In this document: one piece after another, positions 1 to 11,119 of the stretch | Position numbering within the stretch: the stretch's first letter is position 1 | How the letters are laid out: each line of letters opens with the position of its first letter | Notes under the pieces: generated by a model | The model's input: only the letters and a program-made list of their open reading frames with translations | Database searches by the model: none | Told to the model about the DNA's origin: nothing | Translations under genes and position numbers: made by a program | Assembly (NCBI GenBank): GCA_963719515.1 | Contig: CAVRCJ010000007.1 | Location: forward strand, 32,001 to 96,000 | Reading direction: 5' to 3' | DNA: 64,000 nt | Origin: an uncultured cyanobacterium | Lineage (GTDB): Bacteria; Cyanobacteriota; Cyanobacteriia; CAKZMO01

Positions 1-555
1 AAAAAACTGCTGCTTTATCTCTGGAGGCACCCCTCTGAAAGACCAGGGGCGGTAAATTCCGGCCTGAGCTTTTTCAACTGCGGCTGAGTTAATATCAATG
101 CCGATGACGGTAATATTCCACTGCTGAATGTCAGGCAGAATGTCGCTCAGCAGCATCGCAATAGAGTAGGGCTCCTCCCCGGTAGAGCATCCCGCGCTAC
201 AGATGCGCAGCGTCTTTCCCCGCTGGTTTTGCTGAATTAGGTCTGGAAGAATGTCATTTCTCAGCAGCTTAAACTGCCCTTTATCCCGAAAGAAGAAGCT
301 TTCGGAATTTGTAATTTCAGCAATAAAGTCTTTCCACTCTTCGCGGCTAGATTCGCTGTCGGCCTCTAGAAGTTCATAATAATTTTCGGAGAAAGGCAGG
401 CCGACAGCCTGACGCCGACCGGCGACGAGGCGCTCAAAGGTTTCCTGATCGTTTTCTCTAATTTTTATACCGGTACGCGCAGCAATTAGTTGAGCAAACG
501 CCTGCTTTAGCCCTGGGCTCAGCGGTTCCACCCGCGATACGTTACGCTTCACCAT
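1..555 (-). CDS. cheR: CheR-type protein-glutamate methyltransferase (partial, runs off window start)
   Basis: Manual translation from ATG at 555: MVKRNVSRVE...ITNSESFFFRDKGQF...LRICSAGCSTGEEPYSIAM...IGIDIN; classic CheR motifs; directly downstream of cheB. Confidence 0.92.
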   Translation of the reverse strand, partial: MVKRNVSRVEPLSPGLKQAFAQLIAARTGIKIRENDQETFERLVAGRRQAVGLPFSENYYELLEADSESSREEWKDFIAEITNSESFFFRDKGQFKLLRNDILPDLIQQNQRGKTLRICSAGCSTGEEPYSIAMLLSDILPDIQQWNITVIGIDINSAAVEKAQAGIYRPWSFRGVPPEIKQQFF

Positions 556-576
556 AATGACAAAATATATAAACGA

Positions 577-1653
577 TTAGATTGAGCGGAGTGCCGGACG
601 CTCAACCGCCTTTAGCAAGGTCGGCGCGATTTTTTGGATGGGCAAAATGTGCTGGGCCGCGCCTGAGGCGATCGCCTCCTTGGGCATGCCAAACACCACC
701 GAAGTCGCCTCGTCTTGAGCGATCGTCAGCCCCCCGGCCTCAGCAATCTTCTTCAGCCCATCAGCGCCATCGCGCCCCATGCCGGTGAGCAAAATTCCCA
801 CCGACCGACGACCATAAAACTGAGCCACGGCGGAAAATGTGGCCGTCACCGAGGGCCGATGGCCGTCGACGGGCGGCAGCAGGGAATAGGTCAATCGACC
901 CCGCGAGTCGATCTCAAGGTGCTGACGCTCTGGGGGAAAGTAGATGTGGCCGGGCGCCGGCCTTTCCCCGTCTTGAGCAATTTTTATCGGCAGGGCGCAG
1001 GTGGCGGAGAGCCAGTCGATGAGACCCTGAAGAAAGCCTAAGCTAATGTGCTGGACACAAACAATCGGCAGGGGGAAATCGGCGGGCAGGGGCGAAAACA
1101 GCTCTTGCAGGGCGATAGGACCGCCCGTAGACGCCCCAACAGCAACGATTTTGGGGTTGCGGCGGACCACCGAGGTCGCTACGCTCGCTGGGGCAGCGGT
1201 CAGGCGCGATGACCGCTTTGGGAGCGCTGGGCGCGATCGCTTTTTAAACACCCGCACGCCAGACAAAATTTTGACTTTATCGATCAGCGCTTGCCTGAGC
1301 TGTAAATCCTCAAGGTCTAGGCCCACCCTGGGCTTGGGCAGGATGTCTACGGCCCCTGCTTCTAGCAGCCGAAAGATGCGGTGGGTATCTTCCTCCTGCA
1401 CGGAGGCGCTGATCACCAAAATGGGAAGCGGGCAGTTCGCCATCACCTGCGACGTCAGCTGTAGGCCATCCATCTCGGGCATAAAGAAGTCAGTGCAAAG
1501 CACGTCGGGCTGCGCTGTCGGAATCAGCGCTAAGGCTTCGACCCCGGTTGAAGCCGTTCCGACGATTTCAATCTCGGGGGATGAGTCCAGTATTCTTTTG
1601 AGAACGGTGAGCGCGATGGGTGAATCTTCAACGAGAAGGACGCGAATCGACAT
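577..1653 (-). CDS. cheB: Chemotaxis methylesterase CheB (REC + methylesterase)
   Basis: N-terminal REC domain (LLVEDS); GASTGGP, VQHIS, HRPSV, LTGMGRDGA and VFGMP motifs. Confidence 0.96.
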   Translation of the reverse strand: MSIRVLLVEDSPIALTVLKRILDSSPEIEIVGTASTGVEALALIPTAQPDVLCTDFFMPEMDGLQLTSQVMANCPLPILVISASVQEEDTHRIFRLLEAGAVDILPKPRVGLDLEDLQLRQALIDKVKILSGVRVFKKRSRPALPKRSSRLTAAPASVATSVVRRNPKIVAVGASTGGPIALQELFSPLPADFPLPIVCVQHISLGFLQGLIDWLSATCALPIKIAQDGERPAPGHIYFPPERQHLEIDSRGRLTYSLLPPVDGHRPSVTATFSAVAQFYGRRSVGILLTGMGRDGADGLKKIAEAGGLTIAQDEATSVVFGMPKEAIASGAAQHILPIQKIAPTLLKAVERPALRSI

Positions 1654-1708
1654 GGGCTATCCAAGGTTAGGGTTTGACGAGCTAAGGCCAGCGCTATACG
1701 ATCAAGCG

Positions 1709-4700
1709 CTATATGATCAGCCGCTCTAGGGTTTCTAAAAGCGCCTCCTGATTAAACCGGCCCTTGATGATGTAGCCGTTTGCCCCCGCGTCCGCGCCTC
1801 GCCTGCGGTCCTCATCAGAATCCAGCGTCGTCACCAGCACAATGGGAATGTTGTCATACTCCCGATGCTGACGAATGCGAGCCACCAAAGAGAAGCCATC
1901 TAGATGGGGCATTTCCACGTCGGAGACCACCGCATCGAACTCGCGCATTCTGAGCTTTTCGTAGCCCTCTAGGCCGTGGACTGCGGTAACCACCTCGTAC
2001 CCGGCCCCCTCGAACAGGCGCTTTTCCTGAATCCTCACGGGCGGTGAGTCTTCTACGAGCAAAATCGTGGGTTTGGCTCGCGGAACCGGCCGTGGCGCAG
2101 TCGTCAAGAACGGGCGCTGCCGCTGCAGCGATTTGACCAAATCTGAGGGATTGAGGATCATGCACACCTCCCCAGTTCCCAAGAGGGTCGAGCCGCTGAC
2201 GTTGCGCACCCGCTTGAGCACCGAGCCTGAGGGTTTAACCACGACCTCCTGCTGGGTAATGAGCCGGTCTACAAAGAATCCGGCCTGCGCTTCCCCGAGC
2301 TTAAGCAAGACGCAGGGACGGCGATCGCTTGGGGCGGGCGGCTGGGCCACCTGAGCGTAGAGGGGAGAGCGGGAGAGCTCTAGGACGTCCCCTAAGTCTG
2401 CAACGGGTACAGTCTCCTCCCCCACGACGATGGTGTCTCGGCCATCGACCGATACCACCTGATCCGCAGAGACCAGCAGCGACATCTGCAGAAACTCGAT
2501 GGGTAGGGCAAACGTAATCCCCTGGACCTCCACGAAAATGACGTTGGCCGTACTCAGGGCCGTACTCAGCTGCAGCCGGAAGGTGCAGCCTTCACCGGGG
2601 GTAGAGTCGATCTGAATGCCCCCTTTCAGTCGCTCCACCTGGGTGCGCAGGACATCTAACCCCACGCCCCTGCCGGAGACTTCGGTGATAAAGGTGCGCG
2701 TCGAGAATCCCGGCGCTAGGACAAGCTGCTGAATTTGACTGGTGGTCATCTGCTCTAGATCTTCTCCGGTGTGGAGCCCCCGCTTGATGGCGGTGCGCTT
2801 GATGCGCTCCATATCCAGCCCTCGACCGTCGTCCGTGATTTCGAGGGTGAGGCTGATGGCGGTTTGGTAAGCCTTAACCCGCAGGGTCGCGGTGGCAGGC
2901 TTACCGGCAGCTATCCGCTCATCTGGCGTCTCAATGCCGTGGTCTACCGCATTTCGCACGAGGTGCATCAGAGAGTCCCTGATGCCCTCCAGCAGGCGTT
3001 TATCAGCGGTAACTCCCTCCCCCTCCAGCACCAGCTCCACGTCCTTAGACTGCTGCTTAGCCAGGTCGCGCACCAGTCGGGGCAGCGGCTGAAATAGGGT
3101 CGAGATGGGCAGCAGCTGCAGCTGGCGAACGCGATCGCGGATGTCCTCTGCAACGACGTTCAGCTTGCTGCTGTTCTCCTGCACCGTCAGCCGCAGCGAT
3201 CGCAGCAGGGTTTCCATCTGCTCTTCGTAGGAGGGGGCTGAGGCATCGAGAGGCTTTTGGCCCGTCTGCCACTCGTCCCAGAGGGCAATCAGCTGCTGGG
3301 CTTGGGTAGAGGACTGGGCTAGCTGAATCCGGGTGACGGCTAGCTCCTCCGCCTGGGAGGTCAGGGCGTCTAGGTCCTTCGTTTTGACCCGGATAGAGTC
3401 GACTTGAGGACTGTCCTCTCGGGGAGCCGGCGTCTCCTGCGGCCCAGGCTCAACCGGCGACCGCACTAGAGCGTCCTGCAGCACGGGAGAGGGCGGCACT
3501 AGCGCCCTGAGGGCCCCAGCCAGCTGGTCGATATCGACCCCAGCCGCAGTCCCCGCCACGGCTTCTTGAACCAACAGCCCAACGGCGTCTAGGCTCCGGT
3601 AAAGGGCATCGCTGACCGACCGTGTCGAGGGCGATCGCCTGCTGCTGAATCCCCACCAGCACGTCCTCCACGGCGTGAGCGATCGCCTCTACCGAATCCA
3701 CCCCAGTGCTTCTGGAATCCCCTTTCAGGCTGTGAGCTTCCCGCATGAGGACGGCCAGGGTGGCCTCGTCCTGAGGATTCTTTTCGAGGTAGAGCAGCTG
3801 GGCTTCTAGGGTCTGCAGCCGCTCTTCACTGGTGGTGCGGTAAATTTCCCGCAGCTCTGCATCTTCGATGGTGACGGGCTGCGCAGGCAGATTGGCGGCG
3901 GGAAGCAGGGCCGCTTCATCTTTTGCCGGAGCGATCGCTTCGATATCGGCCGCTGTTTCCGTCTCGGCATCAGTCGCTAGCTCTGCAGCAGCCATCTCCT
4001 GCAGCGTTTCATGCACCAGCAAGAGATCGACCCCGCTGGGCTCACCCGATACAGCCTCATCAACCAGCTGGCCAATCGCGGCCAAACCGTAGCTCAGCCC
4101 CTCCCCCATCAAAGGGGTAAACAGGGTCGGCTGCAGCTGCACCAGTTTGACCGTGTCTTCAATGCTCTGAACCAGGTCCGCCAAGTCGTCTAAGCCCACC
4201 ATCCTAGAATCGCCTTTGAGGCTGTGGGTTTCCCGCCGCAGCGTCTCTAGGACATCGGCGTCGACAGTTCCCAGCATCAGCACGCCCAAACTCACCGAGA
4301 GAGACCGCAGTCGGCCTTCGCTGGTGCTGCGGTAGATTTCCCGCAGCTCTTCGTCGTCAATGTAGAGATCGGATGTCGGGCGGGGGCGGGCGCGGGCTGT
4401 CCCGACAGCGGGCTGCTGAGCAAAGCCAGCATAGCGTCAATATCGACGTCCCCCACTTCTCCCGTCGCCGCCTCGTGGAGCAGTTCGCCGGTGGCCTGGA
4501 GACCCTGATAGAGGCGATCGCCCACGGCTTCCGTGAAGGTTGCCTCACCCTGCTGCAGGGCTCTGACAATGTCCTCGATCTGCTGAGTGAGGCGGGCGAT
4601 CGCCTCTAGCCCCATCACTTTAGAATCGCCTTTGAGGCTGTGGATCTCTCGCCGCAATTCCTCAAGAACGGCCTGATCGCCGGGCCACTGCTCTAGGTGC

Positions 4701-4783
4701 AAGAGCCCCATCTGGAGATTTTGAAGTCGCTCTAGGCCTGTGGTCTGGTAGAGATCACGCAGCTCTTCATCTTGAATCATCAT
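1709..4783 (-). pseudogene. cheA: Hybrid CheA (3 Hpt - dimerisation - HATPase - CheW - REC) broken by two frameshifts, near 4385 and 3620; real lesions or sequencing errors
   Basis: ORFs 4292-4783, 3450-4295 and 1709-3574 together carry three HSLKGDS Hpt motifs, HLVRNAVDHGIE, SGRGVGLDV, a CheW domain and a REC domain. Homology switches frame at ...PTSDLYIDDEELREIY and at ...VSDALYRSLDAVGLLVQEAV. Confidence 0.88.
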
Positions 4784-4854
4784 GGTGGGGGTCGCTGTTT
4801 ACGCCGGTCAGAAATGCGGTGTGGCCAGGCCTCAGAATGGGCGCAGCGTCGGGG

Positions 4855-6753
4855 CTAAACCATCTGCTGTAGCACTAGGGCCGCGTCGTTGAGCTGCTCG
4901 GTGCCCACTTTGGACTGGTTTAGACCGGTGGCCGTTTCCTTCGCGCCTCGGTCGATTACTTCCATCGCGTCCACCACCTGCTGAATGGCGTCCACCTGCT
5001 GCTTCAGGTTCAAAGACACCTGCTGGTTGTTTAAGACCACCTGGTTGACCGATTCCTTAATCTCACCGAAGGCCGTCTCCGTCTGCTTAGCAATTTCGAC
5101 GCCCGCTTTCACGGTTTTGGTTCCCTCTTCCGTCACCATCACCGTTTCGTTGATGGCCTTTTGGATGTTAGACACCAAGGCGTTGATCTTGTCGGCAGAC
5201 TGCTGGCTTTGGTCTGCAAGCTTGCGAATTTCGTTAGCGACTACCGCAAAGCCTTTGCCGTGCTCTCCTGCCCGCACCGCCTCTACGGAAGAGTTGAGGG
5301 CCAACATGTTAGTTTGGTTGGCAAAGTCAATTACCAGCTGAGAAATATTGCCGATTTGACTCGCTTGACTGCTGAGATCCACCACCTGCTCAGCAATCAC
5401 TTCCACATTCTTCTGCAGCGCCTGCATGCGCTCTAGGCTTTGGTTTACGGCCAGTGAGCCTTGGTCGGAGGCGGCAAACGCCCGCTTGGCGGCTTCCACG
5501 GCGGCAGCGGCCTGTTCTGACGCATGGCGAGAGGAGGCCTCTAGCTCGTCCATGGTGGTGGTGGTCTCACTCACCGAAGCAGCCTGCTGGCTAGCCACGC
5601 GCTCTTGCTCGGCGATGGTGGTGGCCATCTCCTGGCTAGAGGTGGAGATGTTAGTGGCCAGGTTTTCCATCAGAGCCACCAGCTGTCGCCCCCGCAAAAC
5701 GGCGATGGGGATACCGACCGCGAGGCACAAAAACACCGCTAACCCAGACAGCAGCTCGAATTTCTTTACCGAAGAATACACCACGCCTTTGGGCACTTCG
5801 GCGATCGCCACCAGTGAGCTAGGGTGCTCTGGGTCAGGCACAAACTTGTGGTGGGAGAGCAGGTGACTGCCAGTGTCGACCACGCCGACTTCGGTTGTCA
5901 AGATTTCGTCCACAACCTCCGGGGAGAAGTCATTCGCGAGGGTTTCTTCTTTACCCAGCTCGAAGCCCCAGGTTTTTTCGAGGTCGGGGTGATAGATGTA
6001 GTACCCATCCTGGTTAACAAGAATCAAATCCTCGTTGCTGTGCAAGTCATCGGTCTCGCGAATTTGAGAGAACTGGTCTATCAACGGCTGAGCAAATACG
6101 TTGGCGATAACAATCCCCCGCTTTTGACCGGAAGAGTCTGTAACGGTGGTGGCGTAGCGGATCACTGGCGTGGGGGGATCTTGAATTTCATCTTCCATGC
6201 GATTCAGCTCTACGGGCGAGATGTAGACATTTCCAACCTCCATCTTCATCGTCTCGATAAAATACTCAGAATTGGACTTATTTTCCAACTGAGAACCAGA
6301 GTCGACGTTAATTTCACTCCCGTTCGAGGTTACCCGCACCAGCTCTTGGCCTGATGCATCGATGTAGCGCAGCTGCATATAGACGGGCTTTTCAACCATC
6401 ATCTCTTTAAACAGAAGCTCTAGCTGACTGCCCCACTGCTCAGAAGATAAATTACCCTCAGGGTCTGCGCCGCCACTATTCTCTGCCCGAATAATGCCTC
6501 GAACCTCAGGCAGCTTGCTCAAAAACAGCACGTCGCTGCTGACGCCATCTAGAAAACTGTCGAATTCTTCAACCTTGTCGTCTACTTCTTCTTGAAGCGT
6601 AGCGGTTGCGATATTTGATAGGGAGCTTGACGCAGAGAATACGCCAGCCAAGCCGACTAAAGCGGCAGGAATAGCGGCGCTGAGCACAACCAGCAGCAAA
6701 AACTGCTGCTGAATTCTTAGGGTCTTGAGACCGTTAGTAAGCTTAGATAACAT
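4855..6753 (-). CDS. Methyl-accepting chemotaxis protein with periplasmic Cache-like sensor
   Basis: Two TM segments flanking a periplasmic domain (YMQLRYID...YF...YISPVELN); signalling hairpin QTNMLALNSSVEAVRAGEHGKGFAVVANEIRKLA. Confidence 0.93.
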   Translation of the reverse strand: MLSKLTNGLKTLRIQQQFLLLVVLSAAIPAALVGLAGVFSASSSLSNIATATLQEEVDDKVEEFDSFLDGVSSDVLFLSKLPEVRGIIRAENSGGADPEGNLSSEQWGSQLELLFKEMMVEKPVYMQLRYIDASGQELVRVTSNGSEINVDSGSQLENKSNSEYFIETMKMEVGNVYISPVELNRMEDEIQDPPTPVIRYATTVTDSSGQKRGIVIANVFAQPLIDQFSQIRETDDLHSNEDLILVNQDGYYIYHPDLEKTWGFELGKEETLANDFSPEVVDEILTTEVGVVDTGSHLLSHHKFVPDPEHPSSLVAIAEVPKGVVYSSVKKFELLSGLAVFLCLAVGIPIAVLRGRQLVALMENLATNISTSSQEMATTIAEQERVASQQAASVSETTTTMDELEASSRHASEQAAAAVEAAKRAFAASDQGSLAVNQSLERMQALQKNVEVIAEQVVDLSSQASQIGNISQLVIDFANQTNMLALNSSVEAVRAGEHGKGFAVVANEIRKLADQSQQSADKINALVSNIQKAINETVMVTEEGTKTVKAGVEIAKQTETAFGEIKESVNQVVLNNQQVSLNLKQQVDAIQQVVDAMEVIDRGAKETATGLNQSKVGTEQLNDAALVLQQMV

Positions 6754-7174
6754 TGCAATAACCTGTAATAGCTAGTGAATTTATTGGATTTGAAGAACGC
6801 GTTCGTTCAGCTCTGAAAAGCGCTATGCGCAAATCCATTTGCGGTAAGAATCAAAGCTCTACTCTTGAGTACAAGCCGCGGCCCACAGCTTGTTTACGCA
6901 GATCGACGTCAGGCCTTAGGCGATAGAGAGTCAATCGAGAGTCACCATACAAAAATCAAAAAAAGCGCAGGACGAAAGCAAGTTGACTAAACAAGTTTTC
7001 TTATTCGTCATTGGTAAACAGAACTAGTTTACAAACCTTAACAGTGCTTTGCCGCAATTTTCTAGGCGCTGAATTAGAGCATTAATCTGGAACAATGCTG
7101 CAGAATAGTAAAGCGCTTTTCTCTATACTGCTCGCAGCTTACCGGTCGCGGTAGCCGATTGAACTAATCTTTAA

Positions 7175-7237
7175 AATTGCAATACTTGCAAATATTATAA
7201 AGAACAACAGTCCTTGGATAATTGCAATACTTGCAAA
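7175..7237. promoter_or_regulatory. Two identical 18-bp boxes AATTGCAATACTTGCAAA (7175-7192, 7220-7237); candidate operator pair
   Basis: Exact direct repeat with 45-bp period, each copy containing the dyad TTGCAA-N3-TTGCAA, in the divergent MCP/PatA intergenic region. Confidence 0.55.
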
Positions 7238-7765
7238 CGTTAAGGAAAGGCAAACTATTAGGAACTTGTTTGTCTTTTCAAGATGATCAGTGTTAGGTTG
7301 TGGGTCAATAGACAACCCTCCAGCATCACCGTTTAAGTTGGGCGTCTCTTTAAAAGTTTTGATGGTGACGCTACCGTTAGATCAGACTCCAGCTCGCTCA
7401 CCGCTGTGCTGCATCGCCAACGCCCTGACGCAAGCTTTTTTGAACCGATACCTTTCGAACGTCTACAAACCTCAGGCGCTTTGAACCATCTTCAGGGCCC
7501 GTCTCTCTACAGCGATTCCCAATTGCGTGAGGTACGGATTTAGCCTCCGTACCTCACCAGCATTAGAAATGCTGTACAGCTGTAGTCCAATGCCGGGCTA
7601 GCTTCAAGAAGCTCAAGCTCGGTATGCGCTTCTAAACGAGTCTTCTACAAGCGCTAGGTTTGCTTTGGCTAGGGACTAAAGCTTTGGCGAGCGCTACCTA
7701 ACAAGTTTTCTGGGAAATACGCTACAAACTGCAGCTACGTTAAAGCCATTTAACATTTAATTCAA

Positions 7766-8989
7766 ATGAAACTTACTGAGCTAGTTCAGCTTCTCGAGCC
7801 GCCCAACAAGCACTTCAGCGGGTACTTATTCTTAAGCAATCAAAAGGTTGCTTGGGGTCTTATCTTCATTCAAGGCCAGCTTCTCTATGCGGAGGATAAG
7901 CGGCATGCGGTTCGTCGCTGGAGCCGCAATATAGAGCAGTATTTCCCAAACTATGACTGGCGAGCGGACCTTACCCAACCCGCAGACTGCTTTTCTTGGC
8001 AGGTTCGCATCCTTGACAACGGCATTCACTGCCAGAGATTGAGCTTAGTCCGCGCTAAGCTTATGCTGCGAAACCTGCTTCAGGAATGCCTATTCGAACT
8101 CAGTCTTTGCGATCGCCTCGACATAAACTGGCAGCCGACTTCGCTACCAGTATCGCGATCTTGCCAGAGCATTGCCCTTTCTTCTTGGGAAAGCAAAATG
8201 ATTTTTGGCAAGGTCGACATCATGCACAAGCAGTGGCAGGAGATTGGACTCATGCAGTGGGAGCCAACATTGTCGCCAACGCTTAAGAAGGACGTTCAAG
8301 CGTCGCAGCTCTCTACGAATCTGCCGGTTGATCATGCCTACCTCAGGGGCGACTTTACCCTTTGGGAAATTGCGGGACAGCTCAACAAGCAGCCCGGAGA
8401 AGTCGCGGAGACTTTGCTACCGTTCATCCATGAGGAAACGTTAGACTTCCTGGCGATCGCTGATTTTCCGATACCGAATGCCCAGGCTACGGCCCCCAAC
8501 ACGGCACCGCAGCAGATCTCGGTCGCAGCCCAGATTGCTCAATCGAGTACCGCGCTTGAAGTAGGCCACACCAGACCACAGGCAGGTCCATCAGACTGCG
8601 TTCAGCCGTTGATTGCCTGCATTGACGATAGCCCTGTTCTGACCCACAGTCTAAAGAAAATGCTGGGTTCAGTGGGCTACCGGACACTCATTATTCAAGA
8701 GCCAATGCGGGGTTTTTCGCAGCTTATAGATCATAGACCGGCCTTGATTCTGCTCGATTTGATGCTGCCCAACGCTGACGGCTACAGCGTCTGTAAGTTC
8801 TTGCGAAATACGCCGGTGTTTGAAAAAACGCCCATTATTATTCTGACTGGGCAGAGTAAGCCTATCGATCGCGCTCGGGCCAGCTTGGCGGGGGCAACGG
8901 AGTTTTTGGTAAAGCCTCCAAAGCGCGCCCAGCTGCTGGAGATGATTGGTCGGTATGCAGGCCTCGAGGCCTGTATTAACCACGCCTGA
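7766..8989 (+). CDS. PatA-family response regulator (PATAN/DUF4388-like N-terminus + C-terminal REC)
   Basis: N-terminal W-x-L-x-F-x-x-G-x-L-x-Y-A...RRW pattern; C-terminal IACIDDS...LILLDLMLP...PIIILTG...FLVKP; divergent from the chemosensory cluster. Confidence 0.85.
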   Translation: MKLTELVQLLEPPNKHFSGYLFLSNQKVAWGLIFIQGQLLYAEDKRHAVRRWSRNIEQYFPNYDWRADLTQPADCFSWQVRILDNGIHCQRLSLVRAKLMLRNLLQECLFELSLCDRLDINWQPTSLPVSRSCQSIALSSWESKMIFGKVDIMHKQWQEIGLMQWEPTLSPTLKKDVQASQLSTNLPVDHAYLRGDFTLWEIAGQLNKQPGEVAETLLPFIHEETLDFLAIADFPIPNAQATAPNTAPQQISVAAQIAQSSTALEVGHTRPQAGPSDCVQPLIACIDDSPVLTHSLKKMLGSVGYRTLIIQEPMRGFSQLIDHRPALILLDLMLPNADGYSVCKFLRNTPVFEKTPIIILTGQSKPIDRARASLAGATEFLVKPPKRAQLLEMIGRYAGLEACINHA

Positions 8990-9047
8990 TGCCCTTTGCC
9001 GCAGGCTTCTCTCCCTACCGGTCGTAGAGCAGTCACGATTCGGCTTA

Positions 9048-10133
9048 TCAAAATATATCCGGGTCAAAATGTACCTTCACCCCCAGCATCTCCTCCATCG
9101 CCGCAATCATCTCCTCCGGCGATGGCGGGCTAGGGCCCTCGACAAACTCCTGAATCGTTATCTTGCGATCGCGAAAATCCCGCACAAAGTCTCGGATTTC
9201 CTCCATCGCCTTGATCTCTACCGCCGCTTCCTCCACCAGCTCGCCCACTAGGTCAACCCCTTCCTTAGCCGCCTTACGGTAGGTCTTCACCATCACCCCT
9301 TCCTGGGTATTGTTCCGCAGCTCCCGAAGCTCATGCTTGATGCTCTCATACTGCTCCTGCAGCTGAACGTTCTCCCGAGCTAGCCGCTGGCACTCGCGCT
9401 CAACGTCGCTCTCCGCCGAGCTAACGGTCTCCGCCAGCTCGGCGTCTTGCTGCTCTAGCTCCAACAGCCGCGCAAAATCCCCCGACTTATAGGCCCGGTT
9501 GATCTCTTTCATGATTTCCGTATTGCGGGCTTGGGCCGTCTCGTCCTCAGCCCGATCGGGGTGGTAGACGGAGGCTAGCCGCAAAAAAGTTTGCCGAAAG
9601 GCGCGATCGCGCCCTGCTGAGGCGTCGGATGCTGCTGCACTGTCGTCGGCTGCACCATCATCGGGTTCTGGCCCTGAGGACTCCCCGTCCTGCGGCCCAA
9701 ATCCAGCTGAGAAGGGATCTGCCTCTGCAGGGTCAAAATCGGATTCATCCTCGCGAAAAAAGTTATCGCCATTAGAGTTGAAGCTGATGATACCCTGCAT
9801 CTGCAGCGAACGATAGACCTGCTCCACCTGGCGGCGCGATCGCTTCCCGAGCTTGCGCTTTTTAAAAATTTCGTCAAATAGAGCGTGAATTTCGGCATCC
9901 AGGACTCTCATCTCACTTAGACTCCCAGAACTGCGCTGAAACAGCTCGCTCGCCAAGTCGCGCATCTGGGTGATGAAATTATCGAGTTCACTGCGCTTGC
10001 GGCGAATCTGCTTCAGCAGCCAGCGGCGCTCTTGCTCTAGCCCCAGCAGCGTTTCGTGGGGAATGACCTCAGCTAAACCAGACTTACTGCTTGCAGCCGG
10101 CGATTTTTGCTTTACCACTAGGGCCTCCCGCAA
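9048..10133 (-). CDS. Coiled-coil protein with internal J (DnaJ) domain
   Basis: FRQTFLRLASVYHPDR...MKEINRAY contains the HPD motif; flanking coiled coils. Confidence 0.8.
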   Translation of the reverse strand: MREALVVKQKSPAASSKSGLAEVIPHETLLGLEQERRWLLKQIRRKRSELDNFITQMRDLASELFQRSSGSLSEMRVLDAEIHALFDEIFKKRKLGKRSRRQVEQVYRSLQMQGIISFNSNGDNFFREDESDFDPAEADPFSAGFGPQDGESSGPEPDDGAADDSAAASDASAGRDRAFRQTFLRLASVYHPDRAEDETAQARNTEIMKEINRAYKSGDFARLLELEQQDAELAETVSSAESDVERECQRLARENVQLQEQYESIKHELRELRNNTQEGVMVKTYRKAAKEGVDLVGELVEEAAVEIKAMEEIRDFVRDFRDRKITIQEFVEGPSPPSPEEMIAAMEEMLGVKVHFDPDIF

Positions 10134-10217
10134 CGCTCTTCAAAGATGGCAGCTAGAGTATTATTACCACAGCGACTCGCCAACGCGCTGTTGCGTCAGA
10201 GAAAGTTTTGGGTCCGG

Positions 10218-10736
10218 CTAAATTACCACTGACCGATTGCCGTAGAAAAGCTGGGATAAGCAGGTGGCAAACGGAGCGTCAAACATCACGTCTTGGCGAT
10301 CGCGGATCGTTCCATCGGGAAGCACCGCGTTAGTAATCAGCGCGTAGCGGAGCTGCTCCCAGTTGACCTTAGCCCCCGCCAAATTAGCACCCCGAAGATC
10401 TGCGCCAATCAAGTTCGCCCCCAGCAGGTTCGCCTGACGCAGGTCTGCTCCCCGCAGGCAAGAGACAATCAGCACCGCATTGCTTAGGTTAGCTCGCCTG
10501 AGGACAGCGCTTTCCAAATTTGCGTTTTGCAAATTAGCCCCGCACAGCGTTGCCTCCGTCAAGATTGTGTTGCGCAGGTCAGCGCCGCTCAGGTCCGTTC
10601 TGGCGAAACTCGCCCTGTTGAGCTTAGCGCTATGCATCGTAATTCGGCTCAGATCGCGATCGCTCAGGTCCGCACCCGCAAGGGAAGCGGCTACCAAATC
10701 AGAGGTCGAGTAGACGCTCGACGCTATATCTTCCAT
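10218..10736 (-). CDS. Pentapeptide repeat protein
   Basis: Tandem A(D/N)Lxx repeats ending in LPDG. Confidence 0.9.
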   Translation of the reverse strand: MEDIASSVYSTSDLVAASLAGADLSDRDLSRITMHSAKLNRASFARTDLSGADLRNTILTEATLCGANLQNANLESAVLRRANLSNAVLIVSCLRGADLRQANLLGANLIGADLRGANLAGAKVNWEQLRYALITNAVLPDGTIRDRQDVMFDAPFATCLSQLFYGNRSVVI

Positions 10737-11119
10737 AAGTTGTTTACCGTAAATGGGTCTCGCTGGCCCCTGCTGGCACCTGCTGGTCCCTGTGGAGCCA
10801 GATCATCGCCTCTAGACATTTCCTCAGTAGAGTACCCACACCCCCCAATGGAAGCCATGTCGAACGCCCCTCTTCTCCGTTATAGGAGCAAACGGCCTCA
10901 ACGCCGTTAAGGCACTGTAAAAAAACGCGATTGAGTGTATTTTTAAGCACATTGGCCTCCGTACGGAGGAGCATTTTACAGTTGAGCACGTCCGCAGATT
11001 TGGCCCAATCACAGTGTTGTTTTCCTTCACCCCCTCGTCGAGACCGCGCCCAACCGCCGCGATCGCCAGCAGGCCTAATCGCTAAGAAAAGTTACAAGTT
11101 TATGGGTGGATCAAGCTTT

